From Zygophlyctis sp. KS116 (lineage: Eukaryota > Fungi > Chytridiomycota), in the NCBI GenBank assembly GCA_054661495.1, contig BAAFSQ010000002.1:60001-92000 (forward strand): a stretch of 32,000 bases of DNA. Direction: 5' to 3'. Below the pieces are notes generated by a model. The model was not told the DNA's origin. It made no database searches and saw only the letters and a list, made by a program, of their open reading frames with translations. Each line of letters begins with the position of its first letter. Within the stretch, counting starts at the first letter, position 1. The position numbers were made by a program, and so were the translations under genes. This document shows, piece by piece, positions 23,025 through 32,000 of this stretch.

Positions 23025-23512
23025 TCAAAATCTACCACCAGTGAGTTTTAATAAATCATGAAATTCCTTTGAGTCCCTGCTTGATTTCTCTCGATCGTAT
23101 CTGGGAGCTGGAATATCAAGTTGTAAATCTTCCCACATATGAATAATCTTTACAATCTTTTCGTCCCTTTGTTCAGCCTTGTTTTCTAGATCAAATCCAT
23201 CAAGATCGATTTTACAAGACTCTGATTGTATGAGAGATTCAAGATCGGGGATGAGTTTAGTTCGTAGAAACACTCGAGGTACTTTAAATTAGATCTAATG
23301 TAATTACAAATGTCAGGATCTTCAATCGGACAAGTATTTGGATGGATAAAATAATTAAAAGTCTCAATCTCTTTAATAAGAGATTCCATCTTTGCAGTGA
23401 TCAGTGCAAATGTAGATAGAAAGTTGGAGGGATCAGGAGATGTTTCAATGGATAATAGGAAGGATGTGAGTAGATCTAGTGTGGATTTGTACTTTTGGAT
23501 CAAATTCTCCAT
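23025..23512 (-). CDS. MED8: Mediator subunit Med8-like
   Basis: Two ORFs joined by a 26-nt intron (23282-23307), giving ...FLSTFALITAKMESL...HP...DILPRVFLRTKLIPDLE. The LRTK.xPxxE signature matches Med8. Confidence 0.7.
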
Positions 23513-23536
23513 TGTAAAACAGATTTTATTTGGAGT

Positions 23537-26500
23537 TTATAAAGATTTATTATATATTTCTTGTTTAAGACGAGAGTTTTCTATTACTAGTGCAATAAAT
23601 TCGTCTTTGAGTTTGAGTGTTTCTTCTTGTGCAGAAACTAAAAGATTCGCATTATCAAGCAGTTTTTGCTGATATTGTTCTAGTTTAACAGAATTATTTG
23701 AAATCTTTTTCTCCAAAGAAGAGACTAGTTTTCTTCTTCTAGTAGCAATAGAAAGAGGTTCTTCTCCCAAGGTTGTATCAGACATTCCTTTTGAGAGTAA
23801 TGCATCCGTAGAGATTTCATTTTGGATTTGAGCAATAGATTCATTGTCTGTAGTAATTACAGTCTCTTTCTCTTCAAGATCATTACAAGGTTCAGTAGGA
23901 TCATACATTTCAGACACGCCACTAACATCCTTGGATTCTATTTCAGTCTCTTCTTTTTGAGAATCACATACAGGTTCGTTATAAATAAGAGGAGATGTGT
24001 CGTTAGAATCTTCTTCTTTAGAATCAGAAACCGTCTCGTTTGATATTTCAGGAATAGGCAGGGCTTCTATAGATTCCAATGCCATTTTTTGAGCCAAGAG
24101 TTCTTCATTTTCCATTTGCTTGGCTTTGAATTTCCATGAGTCTATTAAAGCAGATTTCTCATCATGTTCTGAAAGTATCAGACTATATTTTTCCTTCAAG
24201 GTATGGGCATTTTGAATTGAAGATTCAAAAAATTCAAAAATGCTGTTATAGTGTTCGGTATCCTTGCAAGATAATGTGTAGTCTGCAGTTGACCCAATTT
24301 TTAGATTTATCGCATGAACCAGGTTTGACGGCTTGCTACATTCCAATCTTTCAACGCCACAACAAAGATAAATTACATTGGGACTATTACTAGATCTTAT
24401 GACAATTTTCTTTGCTAGAATTTGCAAATTGTCTTCTATATCAGAATTTCCTTCTCCGATTCCAAAATCATAAAGAGTAACTTGAACAGGGCCTAGAAAA
24501 ATTGTGTCTTTATAACAAAAAGCGCCTGTAAAATCACCAGCAAAATGTACTTCGAGACTCGTCTGGTTTAAGCGCATATTCCAATTTGCATTTTCCTTGA
24601 CTAATTGATGATATTCTGGTTCAAATATTTGGATAAATTTATCTAAAGAGGATCGAATTTCTTTATATTTTAGATGGCTCCATGAAATCCTTTTAGAATC
24701 TAGAATCAAATGATTTGAATTTTCTCTAAGAATGAGAGATGCATTAGCCCGTATTCCTCTTTTCATAATCTCAAATAAATTACTTGCTTCAACGGTAGTC
24801 TTTGCTTTGATTCCAAATAAGGCAGAATCAGACTTTTTGGGGAATATTAGACGAACAAAGGTTCCTTCAAGCTTTGAAATAACGCCAACATGAATGGGCG
24901 AACTAAATATACATCTCTTTGTATCTGGATTGTGAAATTCAATCCAGTAATTTTCTGCAGACTTGAATACGAAAGCCTCAATCTTGCCCAAAGATCCCCA
25001 TTTCTTTTCTTCATTTAACTTGAATGCTGAGCATTGCATATATAGTAGTTTTGTTTTAGGCTCCGGCTCGACATTAATAGTAGATATATTGGTCGAAATT
25101 TCGGTATTCTCCGTCAATTTTTTATCAGATATATAGTATTTAGTTTCAATCAAAGATTTTGAGTAAGATTTTTCTAGACATAAATTTCGATTTTTCATAC
25201 CTTGATTAATATTCATTTTTTCCTGTAATATATTGAATTTGTTAAGAAACTGTTCCTGATCTTTTTGAATTCTCGAGGAAACTGTTAATATACATGATGA
25301 ATTTAAGGTCAGTTGTAATATTTCTGCTTCGCCAATAGCCAAGCCTTGAATTGAAACATGAATAAGGGGCACAGGGGGCATTAACAGCTTTATCTGATCG
25401 TCTTTGCCTTTTATTGGAATTCTTTCTGTAACCACTAATGTGTCTTGTAAAAGAAATATAGCCAGCTGAGTATTTGAATATTTAATCTTTTTCTTGAAAG
25501 TAACTTCTACACATTTGAACATTATGTACATTTTAGGGCAATTCAAGAGTTCATAACGATCATTATGATACGGAATTGTTAGATATATCAAAACAGCCTA
25601 GTTTGTAAGTTCAAAATATATACAGCGTTTTTTATACTTTCTTCTTCATGCTTTTCTGGAAATATTGTCCGGCATTTTGTAGTATCCATATTGATTTCAA
25701 GTTTTTCTAATTCCTGAAAATTATCCTTTACATTTTTCCCATAAAATCTGTAAAATGTTTGAATTGTAGTTTGTAGTTTGGAAATAGCACTGCGCAGTTC
25801 ACCTACTTCCACTCTTCGCTCTTGCGTGCAATGAGAATAGCTAGATAAAATCCTCTAAAATAATTAGATTGAAATCATGAGAAGTTACATATAAACAAAA
25901 TCTTAACTTTATCAAAAAGTTCATGGGTGATAAAAGCTTTTCATGAAGATTCTATGAGTTAGATGCCAAAATTCTACCACAAAATCACATAACATAGGCT
26001 GCAAACTAAAAAGCTGGTTAAGTAATCCTTTAGACCCAAAAACAATTGTTTGATAATCAATAATTAATCCTGAAACCTTAAAATTATGCAATCCATTTTT
26101 TACATTGAGAGGACTCATGTCCGAATAAGAAATAGGTTGACTATCTAGAGGGCTTTTAAGATCTTCAAATTTCTTTAGTATTTCTTCAAGTTTTTTGACC
26201 ATCTGTTGAATAATAGAATCAATCTCCTCGGTTCGGGGTAAGTTAGAGAGAATCTATAATTAATCTTGGAAAAGGCATACATCAATAGCATCAATCAGCT
26301 GATTTGAATAATAATCGTAATCTTCTGTCATTTGTTGCAACGCCGATTGTTGCTCGACACATAATCTGAAGCTATTCCGATATTCTTTACTAAATTCATT
26401 TTTAAACGTTAGAGTGGACTTTATCATGAAATATAAAGAATTACAGTTCTATAAGGATATTTCAATTGAATAATGACATTCGATGTTACATCTTGTTGTG

Positions 26501-26916
26501 TCTATGAAATAATTATGATGCGATTGTACCACTGGCTTATTCTTTTTAAACACGTAGAGAGAGCGGCTCTTCCAATCAGAATTTTTATCCTATCAGTTGA
26601 ATCATGTAATGGCTCTTACAGAATCTTTTGGGAAACGAAATTTCTTTGAGATTTTTGACCAGTTGGATCGGATAGACGAGGCGAAGCTGAACTTTGCCGA
26701 ATTTACTGAAATATCTGAGCTGGCAGTTTTCCCTTTTCTTGGAATAATTATTTCATCAGACGTGGAGTAGTCATTGGCGGAATTTATGCCATCTTGTGAT
26801 TTATGTTCTTCGCATTGGATCGTTTTATTATCTAGCTGAGATGATGCATGCCCATCATGCTTGGAGTGGAAAGAACCAATTAAGCCTAGACTTTTCTTTG
26901 TCTTTAAGAATGTCAT
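23537..26916 (-). CDS. Large protein with a degenerate DH-like region, PH and PH-like (RanBD/EVH1-like) domains and a C-terminal coiled coil
   Basis: A continuous frame is recovered with seven introns: 26590-26619, 26502-26529, 26419-26444, 26254-26280, 25952-25977, 25855-25888, 25598-25623. IFLLQDTLVVTE is a PH signature, and CSAFKLNEEKKWGSLG is RanBD/EVH1-like. The domain assignment is tentative. Confidence 0.55.
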
Positions 26917-27216
26917 AATAGGCTCTTATTGGCGCGAGTTGATTTCGGACGTATCGCGTGAATTCTTAATGATATCATCCCTCAACCGATGCAACTCTAC
27001 AAAAAATCACTCTGGAGATGGATCATTGAGACGGAGCATTGATCTTTATCTTAATCTGAGGCCGCCATTATATTATTATTTTATATTTGAAAATGGTTTT
27101 TAATGATGTTGATAATTCTCGCCTCTTGTGATTTCTTTCTTTGAAAAATCTCATTGAATGAATTTGGATTTTTAAAATTCTAAAAAGTAAAAAGTATTAT
27201 TTCTCCAGATTAATCT

Positions 27217-29104
27217 TTAAGATGCCCCATATGGTGGAACAATGCCTACGCTAGGTGGCGGGGGAGGTGGTGCCATTGGTCCTGGTGGTCCAACAGGAGG
27301 TGGTGGTCCTAAAGGTCCTGGTCCACCAGCTATTAAAGGCGGAGGTGCAGAAGCATATCCGGGTCCAACGGGAGGTGGCGGCCCTGGAGGAGGTGGTGGT
27401 ACAAAATCAGGTCCGATTTGAGGCCCTGGAGGAGGTGGTGGAGGGGGTGGCCCTGGAGGAATCACTCTTGGTCTGCATCTGCGTGGAGGGGGGCCCATAG
27501 GTCCAACTGGAGGTCCAAAATCAGGGCCCATAGGTGGAGGAGGTGGTGGTCCCATAGGTCCAGAAGGAGGTAGAGGAGGACCATAAGTAGATCCAGCATT
27601 AGGACCCAACATTGGTGGTGGGGGTGGAGGAGGCGCTATTGGACCATAGTCTGGTCCCATAGGTGGTGGTGGGGGTGGTGGAGGTGGAATAGCAGGAAGA
27701 GGCATACTATTATCTGGTCCCATAGGTGGCGGTGGTCCGATTGGTGGTAATGGCGCACCGTATCCTGGTCCAACTGAAGGCCCCATAGGAGGTGGTGGTC
27801 CCATAGGCATAGGCGGGGGAGGAGGAGGTCCAACAGGAAGGGGGAAGCTATTATCTGGCCCCATAGGAAGTGGTGGTCCAATAGGTGGCAATGGCGCACC
27901 GTATCCTGGTCCAGCTGGTGGTGGTGGTCCTACAGGCATTGGTAGACTGTTATCCGGGAATGGTGGTGGCGGAGGAGGTCCCATTGGTTGCGGTTCCATA
28001 GGTGGTGGCCCCATAGGCGGTGGTGGTGGTCCCATAGGCGGTGGTGGTGGCCCCATAGGTGGCGGTGGTGGTACAATAGGAGTATCTGGACATGGAACTG
28101 GACCAGCAGGGGGTGGCATCATATCAGGACCAGGCATCACCGGTGCAGGCATTGGAGGCGGAGGGGGAGGAGCCATAATTGGAGTGTCCGGGCATGGAGG
28201 CGGGATTGGAGGAATCTGAGAATCCGGGCATGGTACAACTCCAATTGGAGCTGGAGGTATCAGATTACCATCTAATAATTTAGAAAAACAATAGCTTACA
28301 TGAAGGCGGAGGCAGTGAATCCGGGCATGGACCTGGAGGCACTGGCCCAACTGGAGGTGGCATACCTGGAGGTCCTTGAGGTGGCATGCCTGGTGGTGGC
28401 ATACCTGGAGGTCCTTGAGGTGACATACCCGGAGGTGGCATACCTGGTGGTCCTTGAGGTGACATACCCGGAGGTGGCAAAGATGGGGGTGGCGGTATTT
28501 CAGGCCCACCAATCATATCAAATGAAGGTCCAGAATCCGGATCACCATTAATTGAAGAAACAGGAGTTCCTGGCGGAATACCTGCAGATTCAAACCGAGA
28601 AGTTTGACACTTATTAATATTGATAATTGATCTCCCTGAAGGATTGTTTCTATCGATCCAGCGATTTATGGGAAAGTACCATTGTTGGACTCCGTCCGAA
28701 ATCAAGACAAATTCTAGATACCATGAATTACCAAATAGCTTATCAGTATGACCAATTACTAATGAGCAAACTGTCCCTAAACGGCGGTCGGAATCTATTT
28801 TAAAAGTCGACATTGAATTTCTTCCAAAGTTTAGAAAATTGTTTGGCAAGAAAGAATTAACATTCCCACCATGGTCATCACCAAACTGTAGAAAAACCTT
28901 CCCGCGGGCGCCAGCGCCAAACTTGTCTCCAGTCTTAATCATAATTTGATATTGAGTTGGCTGAATGATATTTTGATTGTTATCAGGCATTGTCATTATC
29001 GGACCCATTGGTCCATCTAATCCAGAATTAGGATGAATCCCTAGCGGAGCTTGAGCAAAAGATACCTGAAGACCTGCAAGTAACCCAAATACTGAGAGGA
29101 TCAT
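27217..29104 (-). CDS. Secreted PLAT/LH2-domain protein with a long Pro/Gly-rich repetitive tail
   Basis: Signal peptide. PLAT motifs YQIMIKTGDKFGAG, LVIGH, WYLEFVLI and FPINRWID. A 28-nt intron (28272-28299) joins the two Pro-rich ORFs. Confidence 0.85.
28356..28478 (-). repeat. 39-nt coding tandem repeat (PPPGM[S/P]PQGPPGM x3)
   Basis: Three near-identical 13-codon units in exon 1 of the PLAT gene. Confidence 0.85.
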
Positions 29105-29313
29105 TATTATTTTTTAAAGATTTGTGTTTCATCGACTCTTGGTTTTAGATGCAAATTTTGCGTTTTAAGATCTCATGAAACCAACCGTCCCTGAAACACA
29201 TGTATCAGAAAATTTTCATTATTATGAATCAGACCATGAAGCTGAGAGCATGCATGGCTCACTACTAGGAGAATATATGTCCTTGTATTGTCCAAATGAT
29301 TTCACAACAATAA
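29105..29313. promoter_or_regulatory. Divergent promoter region PLAT gene / cation efflux gene
   Basis: Between head-to-head ATGs at 29104 (-) and 29314 (+). Confidence 0.5.
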
Positions 29314-30565
29314 ATGCCTAGGTTTAAGTCAAGGAATTTGATGAGTTTGCTATTTCGTTCGTCTTTAATGAGGATGGGGGCCCGCAGTCTATCAATGCAG
29401 GTTCCTGTCAATGCTAATTCCATCTTGAAGATGAGGATAAGCTCTGGCCCTCCTCCGGAATGGAGAAGTGCTGTCAAACAGCTGAGAAGAGTGGTCAAAG
29501 AAGCAGAAACAAATCAGGCGAGGCATAGTGTCCTTTTGGAATCTCAAAAAGTAGTCGGCCTGGCAATTATAAGTAATGGCTGTTTATTTACTGGTAAAAT
29601 GTACGCTGCGGTTCAATCTGGATCATCATCAATGTTTTCAGAGGCGTTACATTCACTAGCGGATATGTTGAATGAAACTCTTTTGATGTGGGGTATATGG
29701 AGATCGCTAAAGGAACCTGATAAATCTCATCCATATGGTTTTTTTAGTGAAAGATATGCATGGGCATTGGTGTCTGGAGTTGGAGTTTTATTTTTAGGTG
29801 GCGGAGTGTCTCTTTATCATGGAGTTGTAGGATTAATCAATGTGAGTCCTTTGGGAGACTTGACATATGCTGCAGTAGCTTTGGGAGCTTCATTAGTTTT
29901 TGAAGGAGGTAAATACATGTAGAATTTAGGAAATAGTTACAATTTGTTATGCATATAAGCAGCTTTCAAAGGCTGCTAAAGAGGCTCAAGTTTCTTTTTT
30001 ACAATATTTAAAAAAAGGAGCTGATCCTACAACTACTCAAGTGTTTTTAGAAGATTGTGCCTCTATTACTGGAATATCAATTGCTGCATCATGTTTAACA
30101 CTTTCTCATTACTTTTCTATGCCGATATTTGATTCTATTGGTAGTATAGCTATTGGATGTCTTTTATCAATTGTTGCCTCTTTTCTAATTAAACGAAACG
30201 TAGCTGGTCTCGTTGCAGCATCAATGCCATTAAATAGACAAACGGAAATAGTTTCCATCTTGGAAAATGATCCTGTGGTTTTATCAGTTCATGATGTCAA
30301 ATCCACTACTTTGGGCCCAGATTTTGCCCGTTTTAAAGCAGAAGTATGCTTCAATGGTGAGGAAGTTACAAGAAGATATATTTCAAGAAACCCATCCACT
30401 TTATCGGATATTTCTAAAATAAGAACTCCTCGGGACTTTGAGGCATGTTTGTGCATCCATGGAGGAAAGATCATATCAACTTTGGGATCAGAGATTGATA
30501 GGCTTGAAAGGAAGATTGCAAATCGCAGGCCGGAAGTGAAACATATAGATTTAGAAGTTTTGTAA
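29314..30565 (+). CDS. Cation diffusion facilitator, ZnT9/SLC30A9-like (probably mitochondrial)
   Basis: SSSMFSEALHSLAD, PDKSHPYG, GADPTTTQVFLED, DSIGSIAIG, RFKAEV, KHIDLEVL. Arg/Ser/Met-rich presequence-like N-terminus. Intron 29909-29936. Confidence 0.92.
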
Positions 30566-30590
30566 CAGATTTGAAATTTGAAATTTTGCA

Positions 30591-32000
30591 ATGGAATGTA
30601 CAAATGTCTGGCAATCAGATAATAAATGCTTATATGTCCAGCAGCACTGCTTGAATGATGACAGGGTGACATATCTGCTTCTACGATTTACTTGCAGTGA
30701 TGGACTTCCACTGGGGATTCTTGAACTGATCTTAATCTTTGTCATGTTTGGCCGAGCCGCAACTGAATATCTATCCCCCAATCTAGCATCGATATCACAT
30801 TTCTTAAAACTGCCTCAATCCATTGCCGGAGTCACACTCGCTGCTTTTGGAAATGGTGCCCCCGATCTGTTTAGTACAGTTGCTGCAATACAGGCCGGAT
30901 CGCTTCAAATGGCTCTTGGGGAGCTATTCGGAGCTGCAAACTTTATTATCTGTATTGTCGTTGGAAGTATTGCCATTCTTAATCCATGCGTTATCTCAAA
31001 ATGGCCATTTATTAGGGATGTGATTTCATTCATTATAGTATCTTTAATACTACTCATATTTCTAATCATTGGACAGATCAACTTCTTTGGATGCATAGCT
31101 TTGATGATTTATTATCTCACTTATGTTGCAATTGTAGTATTTTTTATCCCGAGTAAGATTACTGTACAAATACCCGAATATTCTATAGATGCTGATCAAG
31201 AATCACAAGTACAGGAAGAAATAGAACCACTTCTAAATCAAGATTCTACTTCTCTTTTGGAAATTGACACAAACATGTATATAAACCGATCACTGGAAAT
31301 AATATCTGAAGAAAATCTCTCACCATTAAGGGACAGAACCTATAAGTTTCAGCAAATGCTCTTCCCAATTGTAGATTTATGGAAATATGCGAATGTATTT
31401 GAAAAATTATATCTCTTGATTGGAATTCCAGGGGACTTTATCTTTGGTCTTACAATACCGGTTGTACTTTATCCAAAGTCTGAAGAAACTATGAAGGATC
31501 TTAATCCATGGAGATCTCTCTTACACTTGATAACTTATCCTATGGTAATATTCTTTATAATTCCTGAATTGGCATTAATTCTATCTATTATGGGATGTGG
31601 GATTATTTTGTTTATAATTTTACTTTTATTAAAAGTACCGAATAGCATGTTTATGGTGACTATTGGATTTTCATGCTCTTGTATCTGGATTTATATATTA
31701 TCAAATGAATTAGTCTCTTTATTACAGGCCCTTGGAATTCTATTTTCAATTTCAGAGTCATTATTAGGTTCTACTATATTTGCATTAGGAAATTCTTTAT
31801 TAGATTTCCTTACAAATATCAAGATTGCACAATTGGTATTTTCCTATTCTTTAATTTTATAGCATTTACCAATTATGGCGTTTGGAGCCTGTTATGGATC
31901 ACCGATGCTTAATATTGTAATTGGAATGTCTGTTGGAATTTCACTATCTCTTTTAGGATCTAGCAATGGGTTATGGAAATCTGTTTTTATTTTCCACCCA
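30591..32000 (+). CDS. Cation/Ca2+ exchanger (CCX/NCLX/Ecm27-like), 3' end beyond the window
   Basis: Alpha-1 repeat AGVTLAAFGNGAPDLFS and alpha-2 repeat LGSTIFALGNSLLD, then MAFGACYGSPMLN after intron 31836-31862. Confidence 0.92.

Noticed and set aside
27255-28551. Antisense and alternative-frame ORFs over the Pro-rich gene (His/Leu/Gln-rich, Trp/Arg-rich)
   Set aside because: Shadow frames of CCN/GGN-rich repeats with few stops. The N-terminal part of ORF 27217..28512 is the wrong frame before the intron.
1640-31862. Frameshifts or pseudogenes suggested by the fragmented ORF track
   Set aside because: Every break in the conserved genes is resolved by a short GT-AG intron that restores frame and conserved motifs.

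Overview
AT-rich, very gene-dense eukaryotic DNA, most likely from a zoosporic (chytrid-like) early-diverging fungus. This is an inference from fungal-type proteins, a probable ciliary MKS1-like gene and tiny introns. The ORF track is fragmented because genes are split by about 55 GT-AG introns, almost all 24-34 nt, which I reconstructed by hand. I count 17 genes: an MKS1-like gene (partial), a CPA2 K+/H+ antiporter, a small secreted protein with an internal TGA, clathrin heavy chain, a TBC Rab-GAP, ATG4, CSE1, SET1, holocytochrome c synthase, a secreted heme peroxidase, an erythromycin-esterase family protein, a triple CCCH-CCHC zinc-finger protein, MED8, a DH/PH-like protein, a secreted PLAT + proline-rich protein, a ZnT9-like cation efflux protein and a Ca2+/cation exchanger (partial). 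Four points stand out. (1) The SET1 stop overlaps the HCCS start (TGATG), and five other tandem pairs are only 14-46 nt apart. (2) Introns appear to use the first AG lying 24 nt or more from the donor, never CAG, and the single exception hides its AGs in a predicted hairpin. (3) A GCGT/CGCG motif recurs just upstream of start codons. (4) There is a candidate UGA-C readthrough. All intron calls and homologies come from motif recognition only; no searches were run.
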